Shown here: in pieces, positions 16,488 through 26,016 of the stretch
Position numbering within the stretch: the first letter of the stretch is position 1
How the letters are laid out: every line of letters starts with the position of its first letter
Assembly: GCA_045615605.1 (NCBI GenBank)
Contig: JAZLFE010000071.1
Span: 2,567 to 66,566 of the forward strand
Length of the DNA: 64,000 nucleotides
Reading direction: 5' to 3'
DNA from: Bacilli bacterium
GTDB taxonomy: Bacteria > Bacillota_I > Bacilli_A > RFN20 > CAG-826
Position numbers and translations under genes: made by a program
The notes under the pieces: generated by a model
Told to the model about the DNA's origin: nothing
The model's input: only the letters and a program-made list of their open reading frames with translations
Database searches by the model: none

Positions 16488-18110
16488 TTATTTCTCCTTC
16501 TCTAGATTAGCGTGTTCAATATAGGTTTTGTTTAACCATGCTCTAATCATTTGGCCTTGTAATTCTCCGCCTTGTTTAGCGTCAAATCCTACATAGTAGG
16601 TATATTTGAAATACTTATTATTCATAACGTCTTTAGCGGATACATTACCATGTAAATCAGTAGGTTGACGATTCCAGAATATAACTGGAATGTTACTGCG
16701 TTTACTCCAATCATCTTGTTCTTTTAATCCATACGCTTTTGCGATACGAGTGATATATTCAGGAGAATTAGATTGTTGAACAGGATTAATTAAGAAGGCT
16801 TGAGGTCCTTGAGACGCACCTTTACCTAGTGCAGCATCAAGTTGGTCAAGAATTAATTTCTCATCTGAGCCATCACCTTCTGCAGGGCTTACATCGAGAT
16901 TAAACATATTGGAAGCTTGAGTCTTTTTAAAATATGGATTCATATTACCGGTAAAGAAGGTATCAGTTTTACTATACCAAGATTGCCAAACGCTTAAAGC
17001 AGAAAGATCAGATACTTTAATTATATTTTCAGGATCTTTCTCAGTTTCTGAACCTTCAGCTTTATCATATAAATCATCGGTTTCAAGAGCTTCGCCTTTA
17101 TCATCAAAGAAATAATCAGTTTCAATTCCACTTGGATCAATATCTTCGCCAAGATATTTATCATTAGTAACTGAACGATTCTTTAATAATATAGCGTGAT
17201 GAGAATCAGGATTATCAGTTAAATCTTTATTTAAGCACCCATCAAAAGTAACTGTACTATGAACGTAACCTGAACCATATGAAATTTTTTTATTTCCGCC
17301 AACATCAACTCCAGCCTCTTTCGCGTACGCTTCATCATCATATTGGAATCCTTCATAAATCGGATTATAGGGTTCACCATCATCTTGCCACATCGCATCA
17401 ATTTTGCTGCGAGGATTGCCGTTCTTATCAGCATATTCCATCTTCGGCTTACTAGCCTCATAAATATTTCTAATAATTACGGATGTCGTTAAACATTGGC
17501 CGACAGTGTTAGAATCGATAGTACCCATAATAGAACTATCTTTCTCTTTCATTATTTTTAATGTAGAGATATTTGAATCATATCCAAATATTGGTAAATT
17601 CTTTTTCCAGTTATAAGCCTTAATCGCACCTTCTGCCATACCATCATTATTAGATACGAATAAAGTAATACTCTTATCATGTTTATTAATCCAAGTTCCG
17701 GTGGTTGCATTTGCAGTTATAGGATCCCAGGTTGCGCCTGAGAAAGATTTTTGTTCTAAACTTTCTAATTCATTAACTTTAAATTCTTGCGCAGGAACAG
17801 ATTCGTCATGTTTGTATTTATCATTAGGATTGTCTTTATCATTAAGAGTAATATGTCCTTGCTTAACACCTTCAAGATTGAAATTAGCCTTCTGATATTT
17901 TTCTTCAACACGAGTGCCGAGCTCTTCGCGAGTACCACGGGTACGATACATAGAATCGTTATGGTCAATTTGCCCAATTAATAAGCAATAATTAATATTA
18001 AATCCATTAGTAGATTTTTTCCAACTCCATGGAGCGTTATCAAATAAATCACAACTAGTGAGTGAGACGATTGCAATTGCGGGAATAATAAATTTAAATT
18101 TCTTATTCAT
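16488..18110 (-). CDS. lipoprotein, putative sugar-binding protein of the ABC transporter (paralog 2)
   Basis: Signal peptide plus lipobox (IVSLTSCDLF). Shares conserved blocks with the upstream paralog (NYCLLIGQ, KFKVNELE..EQKS, TWINKH...SNNDGMAEGA..AYN..LPIFGYD.N.STL, KYFKYTY.VG.DA..GG). The SNNDGMAEGA block resembles the periplasmic-binding-protein type I fold of sugar-binding proteins. Confidence 0.55.
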   Translation of the reverse strand: MNKKFKFIIPAIAIVSLTSCDLFDNAPWSWKKSTNGFNINYCLLIGQIDHNDSMYRTRGTREELGTRVEEKYQKANFNLEGVKQGHITLNDKDNPNDKYKHDESVPAQEFKVNELESLEQKSFSGATWDPITANATTGTWINKHDKSITLFVSNNDGMAEGAIKAYNWKKNLPIFGYDSNISTLKIMKEKDSSIMGTIDSNTVGQCLTTSVIIRNIYEASKPKMEYADKNGNPRSKIDAMWQDDGEPYNPIYEGFQYDDEAYAKEAGVDVGGNKKISYGSGYVHSTVTFDGCLNKDLTDNPDSHHAILLKNRSVTNDKYLGEDIDPSGIETDYFFDDKGEALETDDLYDKAEGSETEKDPENIIKVSDLSALSVWQSWYSKTDTFFTGNMNPYFKKTQASNMFNLDVSPAEGDGSDEKLILDQLDAALGKGASQGPQAFLINPVQQSNSPEYITRIAKAYGLKEQDDWSKRSNIPVIFWNRQPTDLHGNVSAKDVMNNKYFKYTYYVGFDAKQGGELQGQMIRAWLNKTYIEHANLEKEK

Positions 18111-18113
18111 AAA

Positions 18114-19652
18114 TTATTTTTTCTTACCCACCGATTCTTTAAATCTTTCGTTAAGATAACTAACTATCATTTTACCTTGTTCTTTGCCGCCATAAGCCGC
18201 ATCAACACCAACGAAATAAGTATACTTAAAGAACTTATTGTTCATAGTTCCTGTATCAACTTCACCAGTAACTAACTGGGGTTGCTTATTCCAGAAAATT
18301 AATGGAGTATTAAGACGATCTTCCCACTTATCCCATCCATTGGTTGGGATCTTTTTACCCTCATATTCTGCAGCAGCTTTAGATAATTCGGCAACAAATG
18401 TTTGACCATCAGTTGTAGTAACCATGTTTACTAAGAAAGCATCAAATTTATTCGCAGCTAAAGCACCTTTAATACGATCAAATATGGTTTGCTCACTAAC
18501 ACCATCACCGTCATATTTCATATCATTAATGCCCATAGCTGAAGCATATTGAGAATAATAAGAATACATGGGGCCTTGCAAGAAGGTTTCAGCTGAGTTG
18601 TTATAAATATGACAAACTTTGTATTCATTTAAATTAGGTTTAGGATTCTTTATTCTATGAACAAATCCAAGTTCATCATCCCATGCTAAATCTTCAGGCT
18701 CTAAAACTTTTCCGTCTCTAACATAGTCATCGACGTTATCTAGACCGATACCAGTACTAGTAGATAGGATTTCATGATAACCATCATCATAATTTAAATC
18801 TAGGTTATGTTCAGATTTTTCATCCTTATGAGGATCAACAATGCCCTGATGCTCAATTTGTTCACCTTGTTCAGAACTAAATCCATCAATATATAAACCT
18901 AAATCTTTATTAGGATTAGCTTTGCTAAATCCACGGTTAGTAGGATCATAATTTTTTCCATCTTTAGTGGCTTTACCACTTTTAACATCGTCTATAATAT
19001 TACGAATAATCATATAGGCTGCAGCACATTGCGCACCAGCGTTTTGGTCAACCGTACCCATAATACCAACGCCTGTTTCTTCACATTGTTGAATTAATCG
19101 TAATGTGGATGTGTTAGCATCATATCCAAATATTGGTAGTCCTTTAGTGTAGTTATATGCATTTAATGCACCTTCAGCCATACCATCATTATTTGAAATA
19201 ATCATGGTAATTTTATCACTATGTTTATTAATCCAAGTTGATGTAGTTTGATTGGCTGTAATACCGTCCCAAACAACACCCGCTAGGGATTTTTGTTCCA
19301 TATGTTCTAATTCATTAACCTTAAATTTTTGAGTAGGATAAGCAGGGTCATAATCATACGCTATGCTATCTTCAGCGTTAAGTTCTATCTCACCTTGTTT
19401 AGGAATACCTAAATTAGCGTTCCCATTAATCTCAGTTGAAGGATCACGAGTGTTTAAAGCTTCTCTAGTATATCTAGTTCTTTCTATCGAATCACTATGT
19501 TCGTTTTGACCAATTAATAAACAATAGTTTATCTCGGTATTATTATTAGTGGCTTTCATCCAATCAAATGTTAAATTGGAGAATAATGAACAAGAGGTCG
19601 CAATAAAAGATGCGCTAAGTAGGGTAAGAAAGTGCAATGATCTCTTTTTCAT
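18114..19652 (-). CDS. lipoprotein, putative sugar-binding protein of the ABC transporter (paralog 1)
   Basis: Signal peptide plus lipobox (FIATSCSLF). It is a paralog of 16488..18110 and is placed first in the operon with the ATPase and permease. Confidence 0.55.
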   Translation of the reverse strand: MKKRSLHFLTLLSASFIATSCSLFSNLTFDWMKATNNNTEINYCLLIGQNEHSDSIERTRYTREALNTRDPSTEINGNANLGIPKQGEIELNAEDSIAYDYDPAYPTQKFKVNELEHMEQKSLAGVVWDGITANQTTSTWINKHSDKITMIISNNDGMAEGALNAYNYTKGLPIFGYDANTSTLRLIQQCEETGVGIMGTVDQNAGAQCAAAYMIIRNIIDDVKSGKATKDGKNYDPTNRGFSKANPNKDLGLYIDGFSSEQGEQIEHQGIVDPHKDEKSEHNLDLNYDDGYHEILSTSTGIGLDNVDDYVRDGKVLEPEDLAWDDELGFVHRIKNPKPNLNEYKVCHIYNNSAETFLQGPMYSYYSQYASAMGINDMKYDGDGVSEQTIFDRIKGALAANKFDAFLVNMVTTTDGQTFVAELSKAAAEYEGKKIPTNGWDKWEDRLNTPLIFWNKQPQLVTGEVDTGTMNNKFFKYTYFVGVDAAYGGKEQGKMIVSYLNERFKESVGKKK

Positions 19653-19732
19653 AGTCTATCGCAGTTATCCTTATATATTATAAACTAATTTGAACTTAAA
19701 TGAGATTTTTATTGAGTTACGTTACTTATAAC

Positions 19733-21061
19733 CTATCTTTGATTGCTCAAATCTTTAGCTAAACAAAACACTGCGTATAGAGGAACAGATTTAATATTAT
19801 TTTCAAATCCAAAATTCTTCATACTAACTCTAAATGATGTATTAACACGATAATTGTTTTTATAACTATTAAGACTATTAGAAGTTACTCTTACTCCTGC
19901 CTTGACCTCAAGTGGGCATACTTCATTATGATATTCAACCATAAAATCAATCTCCGCCAAAGCCTTGCCTTTCCAATAATATAAAAGAATGTTATATGAA
20001 GATAATTCAGTCGCGACATAATTTTCGGCTAATACACCAGTTATATCATCTCGATAAAAAGGATTAGAAATATTAGAAAGTTTTAGTCCTGCTTTATAAC
20101 GAAATAGACCAACGTCATTTAAATAAAAACGAAATAAGAATTCGTCAATATGAGCAACTAATGGTAGTCTAGGCGTTTTTAAAAGTGATGATTTAAAAGC
20201 AAGTCCTGCATTAATTAACCATTCAATGGAACTGCCAAAATATTGAGAACTCTTCCCTTTTTCTACATTAGAATATTTAAAACTCTTATTTTCTTTTAAT
20301 AATTGACTAACTATCGAATCATAACAAGCTTTATTTTTTATTCCTTCAGTTAAAGAAACATATTTACTTGTATCCTTTAAATAATCTTGATAAATACGTT
20401 CCGCTACATGACTCGACAATAGTAACGATTTTTCTTTTAAATAAAGACTAACGGCTTCAGGCATACCACCTATAGTTAAATAAATGCAATATAATCGCAA
20501 AGCCTTTTGGTGGATTGAATCATTAAGTGGTTTATTTATTTCATAGGATTCCTCAATTGAATTAATTAGATTATCCTCGTCTAACGCAATTAAAAACTCT
20601 TCAAAATTCATAGGATACATTCTTAATTCATCCACTTTGCCAACCGGATAAGAAAAACTATTCCTATTAAATTTCCGATTAAGCGCAACTCCGAGTAAAG
20701 ATCCTGCTGCGATAATGTGATAATCATTTGCTTCTTCATAAAAATACTTTAAAGACGTAATCGCAGGAGGATAAGCTTGAACTTCATCGAAAAATATTAA
20801 AGTAGATCCGGGAATTATCCTTATATTAAAATAAATTTCTAAATTTCTAATAATTTCTTTTGGTTCAATATTCCCTTCAAAGAAAGCATGAACATCGGTA
20901 TTCTTTTCAAAATTAACATTAATAATATTTTGATAATGATTCTTGGCAAATTTATTAACTATGTATGTTTTACCAATTTGTCTTGCGCCCGTAAGAATTA
21001 AAGGCTTACGTAGTGGATTGTTCTTCCATTTATTCAATAGTTTTTCTATATTTCGTTTCAT
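19733..21061 (-). CDS. AAA-family ATPase with DUF4143-type C-terminal domain
   Basis: Walker A LILTGARQIGKTY near the N-terminus and Walker B-like IFFDEVQ. The ~440-aa length and architecture fit the AAA_14/DUF4143 family. Confidence 0.65.
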   Translation of the reverse strand: MKRNIEKLLNKWKNNPLRKPLILTGARQIGKTYIVNKFAKNHYQNIINVNFEKNTDVHAFFEGNIEPKEIIRNLEIYFNIRIIPGSTLIFFDEVQAYPPAITSLKYFYEEANDYHIIAAGSLLGVALNRKFNRNSFSYPVGKVDELRMYPMNFEEFLIALDEDNLINSIEESYEINKPLNDSIHQKALRLYCIYLTIGGMPEAVSLYLKEKSLLLSSHVAERIYQDYLKDTSKYVSLTEGIKNKACYDSIVSQLLKENKSFKYSNVEKGKSSQYFGSSIEWLINAGLAFKSSLLKTPRLPLVAHIDEFLFRFYLNDVGLFRYKAGLKLSNISNPFYRDDITGVLAENYVATELSSYNILLYYWKGKALAEIDFMVEYHNEVCPLEVKAGVRVTSNSLNSYKNNYRVNTSFRVSMKNFGFENNIKSVPLYAVFCLAKDLSNQR

Positions 21062-21114
21062 ATTCTCTCCTTTTTGTAAATATACGATAAATACTTATTT
21101 TTTTATATATAAAC

Positions 21115-21199
21115 CAATAAAATCATAACCTAAAAAATCAAATAATTCAATAAAAACATAACCTAATCAATTTCTATATTCAATAAAATTATAACCTAA
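21115..21199. repeat. three direct repeats of a 19-bp motif (CAATAAAAnnATAACCTAA) spaced exactly 33 bp apart
   Basis: Copies at 21115-21133 (caataaaatcataacctaa), 21148-21166 (caataaaaacataacctaa) and 21181-21199 (caataaaattataacctaa). The 14-bp spacers differ. The array lies in the divergent intergenic region between the AAA-ATPase gene and xylA. Confidence 0.8.
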
Positions 21200-21311
21200 T
21201 AATAAATTTAGTGCTAATTAAGCTTACCTTATTTCAACTATTAAATAGTGCCTTCTAGGTTCTGATACTATTTATCCATTTATACTTTAATAAAATTTTT
21301 ATTGAATTAAT

Positions 21312-21319
21312 TGTATAAT
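21312..21319 (+). promoter_or_regulatory. extended -10 promoter element (TGtTATAAT) for xylA
   Basis: tgtataat at 21312-21319. An SD-like gagagg follows at 21328-21333 and the ATG at 21341. Confidence 0.5.
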
Positions 21320-21340
21320 TTTTACTTGAGAGGTAAATGT

Positions 21341-22660
21341 ATGAAACAATATTTTCCTAACATTAATAAAATTAAATACGAAGGACCTAAAAGTAAAAAT
21401 CCTTTAGCATTTCATTTCTACGATGAGAATAAAGTAGTCGCCGGTAAAAAGATGAAAGATCATCTTAAATTTGCGATGGCCTGGTGGCATAATCTATGCG
21501 CTACTGGTGTTGATATGTTTGGTAGTGGTACGATGGATAAATCCTTTAACGCTAAAGTAGACACTATGGAACACGCTAAAGCAAAAGTTGATGCTGGATT
21601 TGAATTTATGAAGAAATTAGGTATTCACTATTTCTGCTTCCATGATGTTGATTTAATACCAGAGACTAATGATATTAACGAGAACTATCGTAGACTAGAC
21701 GAGATTAGTGACTATATCTTAAAGAAGATGAAAGGCACTGATATTAAATGTCTTTGGGGAACTTCCAATATGTTCTCTAATCCTAAATTCTTTGCGGGCG
21801 CTGGCTCTACTAGTAGTGCGGATGTATATGCATTTGCTGCAGCTAAAATAAAGAAAGCATTAGATATTACTGTTAAGTTAGGCGGTAAAGGATATGTCTT
21901 CTGGGGTGGTAGAGAAGGATATGAACATTTATTAAACACCGATATGAAATTTGAAATTGATAATATCGCGCGTTTAATGAAGATGGCAGTTACTTATGGT
22001 CGTAAGATTGGTTTTAAAGGTGACTTCTATATTGAGCCTAAACCAAAAGAACCAATGAAACATCAATATGATTTTGATGCTTCTACTTCAATTAACTTCT
22101 TACGTCATTATGGTTTAGATAAAGACTTTAAGCTTAATATTGAAGCTAATCACGCGACGCTCGCTGGTCATACATTTGAGCACGAGTTACGTGTAGCGCG
22201 CATTAATAATATGTTAGGAAGTATTGATGCTAACCAAGGTGATTCTATCTTAGGTTGGGATACTGATGAATTCCCCTTTGATGTCTATACTGCTACTATG
22301 GCGATGTATGAAGTTTTAAATTCTAAAGGATTAACAGGAGGATTTAACTTTGATGCTAAGAATCGTCGTGGATCATATACTTATGAAGATATGTTCTACG
22401 CTTTTATCTTAGGTATGGATACTTATGCTTTAGGATTAATTAACGCGGATAAATTAATTAAAGATGGACGCATTAATAAATTAATTAAAGATAAATATTC
22501 TTCTTTCTCTTCTCCTATTGGCAAAAAGATTATAAGTGGTAAAACAACACTTGAAGAATTAAGTAAATATGCTTGTAAATTAAAGGATACTAAACTACCA
22601 AAGAGTAATCATCAAGAGTTAATGCAAAGTATCGTTAATGAAGTGATATACGGTAAATAA
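21341..22660 (+). CDS. xylA: xylose isomerase
   Basis: Full-length match to the XylA family ([23 protein letters not shown], catalytic region [20 protein letters not shown]). The tracked ORF begins at an upstream TTG, but the ATG at 21341 with an SD is the likely start, giving 439 aa. Confidence 0.9.
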   Translation: MKQYFPNINKIKYEGPKSKNPLAFHFYDENKVVAGKKMKDHLKFAMAWWHNLCATGVDMFGSGTMDKSFNAKVDTMEHAKAKVDAGFEFMKKLGIHYFCFHDVDLIPETNDINENYRRLDEISDYILKKMKGTDIKCLWGTSNMFSNPKFFAGAGSTSSADVYAFAAAKIKKALDITVKLGGKGYVFWGGREGYEHLLNTDMKFEIDNIARLMKMAVTYGRKIGFKGDFYIEPKPKEPMKHQYDFDASTSINFLRHYGLDKDFKLNIEANHATLAGHTFEHELRVARINNMLGSIDANQGDSILGWDTDEFPFDVYTATMAMYEVLNSKGLTGGFNFDAKNRRGSYTYEDMFYAFILGMDTYALGLINADKLIKDGRINKLIKDKYSSFSSPIGKKIISGKTTLEELSKYACKLKDTKLPKSNHQELMQSIVNEVIYGK

Positions 22661-22679
22661 TTACTAAAATATTAATAAG

Positions 22680-22708
22680 AAGCACCTTTAGGTGCTTTTT
22701 ATTTTTAT
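22680..22708 (+). terminator. rho-independent terminator after xylA
   Basis: Hairpin agcacc-ttta-ggtgct followed by TTTTTATTTTTAT. Confidence 0.65.
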
Positions 22709-22749
22709 CATAGAAATATACCTTTTTAATATATAATTAAAAGTGATAT

Positions 22750-24432
22750 ATGGAAAACGAAAATAAAAACATTACTCCTGAGAGTAACGAAAACGCTGCT
22801 TCTCAAGAAAGTGATAATAAAGTTATCGCTCCTCAACAAGAAGAAAAGAAAGAAGAGGCCGCTCCTATTGAAAACAAAGAAGAGGCTAAATCCACTGAGG
22901 AGGTTGTGACTCCTGCTGCTCCAGTCGAGGAGAAAAAAGGATTCTTCAAAAGACTATTCAAAAAGAAAGATCCTAACGCTCCTAAAAAGGAACCAGGTAA
23001 AGTTCAATTATTCTTTAAGAAATTATTTAAGAATAAAGTATTCTGGATTTGCTTTGCTGTTACCTTGCTAGCATTAATTGTTGTTTGGTGCATATTTGCT
23101 CCAAAAGGAAAAACCAGTGTATTTTCTTCTTCCATGGCGATGTTCATGGGCTTATTCTTGCTGCTAGCTCTTGGTCTATCTGTAGGAAGAATAACTATCA
23201 AAGGCATTAACTTCGGTTCTGCCGGTGTCTTCCTAGTTGCCTTAGGTTTAGGAGCGTTGTTCGCAATAAAAACGAGTAATCCTTTTCTTAAATTATTTAC
23301 GTTGTCGGGAGACGATGTAGATATTTACGAAAATGTCTTAGAAAATTTAGGATTAGTTTTGTTTGCTTCAGCAGTTGGTTTTATTGCTGGTCCTACTTTC
23401 TTTAGAAGTTTCAAAAGCAATGCGAAGTCTTTTATTACAATGGGCATTTCTGTAACAATTGTTGGAATTATGTTAACTGCCCTAATAGGTGTAATTATGA
23501 AAGGAGCATTAGGTGATGCTTCTCCATTCTTTGCTTCAGGTTTATTCTCTGGCGCAATTACCTCTACTCCAGCATTAGCTGCTGCTAAAGATATCGCCGG
23601 AGCTAGAGAAATATTAATTGCGGGTAACCCAGTTAAAGCATCTGTATTAATAGTTATTGCCTATGCAATTACTTATCCACTTGGAGTTTTAGGCGTTGTC
23701 TTGTTTATTCAATTAATGCCTAGAATCCTAAAAGCTGATATGAGCATGGAAAGAGGTAAATTAATTGTTCAAGCCTTAAAAGCTGAAATGAACGAAGACA
23801 AAGCTGAACTTGAAAAACAAAGAAAAGGCATAATGGAAAAAAACTATTTTGAAATTGATTCATATGGTTTAGTTCCTTTTTCTATAGCTGTTTTACTTGG
23901 ATTAAATTTAGGCGCTATAAACATTCCGTTAACTCCTAGTGGTTTTGCTGGTCCTTGTTTCTCGCTTGGCACTACTGGAGGATGCTTGGTTAGCTGTATT
24001 ATATTCGGTCATCTTGGACATATAGGTAAATTATCATTAAAAGTTCCAGATAATGTAAATAAAACATTCCGAGAATTTGGTTTAATCGTATTCCTTGCTG
24101 GTATTGGTATTGGTGGAGGTTACAAGATTGTTAATGAATCGAGCAAGATTCCTGGATTAGGTCCTATTATCGCTATTGGTGTCGCTTTAGGATTAGTTAT
24201 TACTTTAGTCCCAATGATTGGCGGATACTTCCTTGGTAAGTATGCATTTAAATTACCTTTATTAAATAACTTAGGTGCAATTACTGGTTCTATGACTTCT
24301 ACTCCTGCGTTAGGTGCATTAATTGGTATGGCGAAGACAGACGATGTCGCCACCGCATATGCATCAGCATTCCCAATCGCAACTATTCTTACCGCTATCG
24401 GTATGAACTTATATCTCTCGTTATTAGCATAA
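22750..24432 (+). CDS. AspT/YidE/YbjL-family transporter (duplicated Asp-Al_Ex-type membrane domains) with acidic low-complexity N-terminus
   Basis: 560 aa. The N-terminal ~100 aa are E/K/P-rich and disordered. Two homologous membrane halves follow, each with G-rich reentrant-like motifs (GLSVGRITIKGINFGSAG..; GIGIGGGYKIV..). Confidence 0.5.
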   Translation: MENENKNITPESNENAASQESDNKVIAPQQEEKKEEAAPIENKEEAKSTEEVVTPAAPVEEKKGFFKRLFKKKDPNAPKKEPGKVQLFFKKLFKNKVFWICFAVTLLALIVVWCIFAPKGKTSVFSSSMAMFMGLFLLLALGLSVGRITIKGINFGSAGVFLVALGLGALFAIKTSNPFLKLFTLSGDDVDIYENVLENLGLVLFASAVGFIAGPTFFRSFKSNAKSFITMGISVTIVGIMLTALIGVIMKGALGDASPFFASGLFSGAITSTPALAAAKDIAGAREILIAGNPVKASVLIVIAYAITYPLGVLGVVLFIQLMPRILKADMSMERGKLIVQALKAEMNEDKAELEKQRKGIMEKNYFEIDSYGLVPFSIAVLLGLNLGAINIPLTPSGFAGPCFSLGTTGGCLVSCIIFGHLGHIGKLSLKVPDNVNKTFREFGLIVFLAGIGIGGGYKIVNESSKIPGLGPIIAIGVALGLVITLVPMIGGYFLGKYAFKLPLLNNLGAITGSMTSTPALGALIGMAKTDDVATAYASAFPIATILTAIGMNLYLSLLA

Positions 24433-24436
24433 GTTT

Positions 24437-25873
24437 ATGAATTCATATATAGGTATAGATTTAGGCACTAGCGCCGTCAAAATTCTTTTAGTAAGTAAAT
24501 TAGGTAAAGTTATTAACTCGGTAAGTGTTTCTTATCCAGTTAGTATTCCTAAAATTAATTATAGTGAACAAGATCCTAATGCTTGGTGGAATGCTACTAA
24601 GCTAGGTTTAAATAAATTACTTAAAGACGTTAATAAGAATGACGTTAAAGCAATTTCCTTTAGTGGGCAAATGCATGGACTAGTAATGCTAGATAAAGAA
24701 GATAAAGTAATTCGTCCATGTATTTTATGGAATGATAATCGAAGCGAAGGATTCACTAATTTATTAAATAAGAATGCAAAGAAATTAAATTCATTAACAG
24801 GTAATTTAGCGTTCTCTGGATTCACTGCTCCTAAAATTATGTGGGTTAAAAAATATGAACCTAATAATTTTAAGAAGATTAATAAAATCATGCTTCCTAA
24901 GGATTATCTTATTTATCAGTTCACTCATGTTTTTGCGACCGATTATTCTGACGCAGCAGGTACCCTACTATTAGATGTAAAAAATAAAAAGTGGTCTACT
25001 GAAATGCTTAAGATAGTAGGAATTAAAAAAGAACAATTACCTAAGATTTATGAAAGCTATGAAGTAATAAGTTTAATCAATAAGAAGGTTGCTAAAGAAT
25101 TAGGATTAAATGAAAAAGTTAAGATTGTCGCTGGTGGCGCAGATAACGCAATTGCTGCTATTGGAACTAATACTATTAGTAATAATTCTTGTAATATTTC
25201 TCTTGGTACAAGTGGAACAATTTTAATTGCGTCTGATTCTTATCACGATGGTAGATGCCTACCTATACATTCATTTAATCATGCGAATGGTAAATATTAT
25301 TTAATGGGTTGTATATTAAGCGCAGCTAGTGCTTATAACTGGTGGAGCACTATATCTTCATTAAAAGTAAATCGTAAGATTAAATTAAATGAAAATAATA
25401 TTTATTTCCTACCTTATCTAAGTGGAGAAAGATGCCCTTATAATGATCCTAATGCTAGTGGAGCGTTCTTCAATTTAAGAAGCAACACCACTAACGAAGA
25501 TATGTCATTAGCAGTATTAGAAGGTGTTACTTTTGCGTTAAAGGATTGCTTAAAGATTGCTAATGATATGGGTATTAAAGTTAAAGAGACTACTTTATGT
25601 GGTGGTGGCGCTAAATCAGATATCTGGCCAAGCTTAGTAGCAAATATATTAAACGTTAATGTTAAATTAATTAACATTGATGAAGGACCGGGATTAGGTG
25701 CTGCTATATTAGCGATGGTAGCGAATAAAGAATATAAATCTATTAAAGATGCTACTAATAAAATTATTAAAGTTACTAAAATAATTAAGAAAAAGAATAA
25801 CTTAGTTAAGTTCTATGAGAAGAAATATTTTACTTATCGAAAGTTATATCCATTAATAAGTAAGATAAGATAA
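24437..25873 (+). CDS. xylB: xylulokinase (FGGY carbohydrate kinase family)
   Basis: The N-terminus YIGIDLGTSAVKILLV and the blocks FSGQMHGLV, GGADNA and GTSG are typical of XylB. Length 478 aa, adjacent to xylA. Confidence 0.8.
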   Translation: MNSYIGIDLGTSAVKILLVSKLGKVINSVSVSYPVSIPKINYSEQDPNAWWNATKLGLNKLLKDVNKNDVKAISFSGQMHGLVMLDKEDKVIRPCILWNDNRSEGFTNLLNKNAKKLNSLTGNLAFSGFTAPKIMWVKKYEPNNFKKINKIMLPKDYLIYQFTHVFATDYSDAAGTLLLDVKNKKWSTEMLKIVGIKKEQLPKIYESYEVISLINKKVAKELGLNEKVKIVAGGADNAIAAIGTNTISNNSCNISLGTSGTILIASDSYHDGRCLPIHSFNHANGKYYLMGCILSAASAYNWWSTISSLKVNRKIKLNENNIYFLPYLSGERCPYNDPNASGAFFNLRSNTTNEDMSLAVLEGVTFALKDCLKIANDMGIKVKETTLCGGGAKSDIWPSLVANILNVNVKLINIDEGPGLGAAILAMVANKEYKSIKDATNKIIKVTKIIKKKNNLVKFYEKKYFTYRKLYPLISKIR

Positions 25874-26016
25874 AAATCCTTTCAATTTAATTTAATTAAA
25901 GTTAATTTACTACATAAAAATAATTGTTTTGACTTTTTCATACATACATTTGCAAAAAAGTATGTACAAAAAAAATATTTTGTGAAACTCTACGTGGAAC
26001 ATTGTAATATATTTCT

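Noticed and set aside
19733-21061. AAA-ATPase (DUF4143) as part of a mobile element or defence island
   Set aside because: No integrase, transposase, inverted terminal repeats or other defence genes flank it. It appears to be a solitary chromosomal gene.
21115-21213. Possible mini-CRISPR array
   Set aside because: The repeat unit is only 19 bp with 14-bp spacers, and there are only three copies and no cas genes. It is better explained as phased regulatory direct repeats.
21270-21290. DnaA box (ttatccatt) suggesting oriC
   Set aside because: It is a single 7/9 match in AT-rich DNA. There is no cluster of boxes and no dnaA or dnaN nearby.
25975-26005. parS centromere site upstream of parA
   Set aside because: Only a degenerate half-site (cgtggaaca vs cgtgaaaca) and a separate gtgaaac are present. 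The full 16-bp palindrome is not there.
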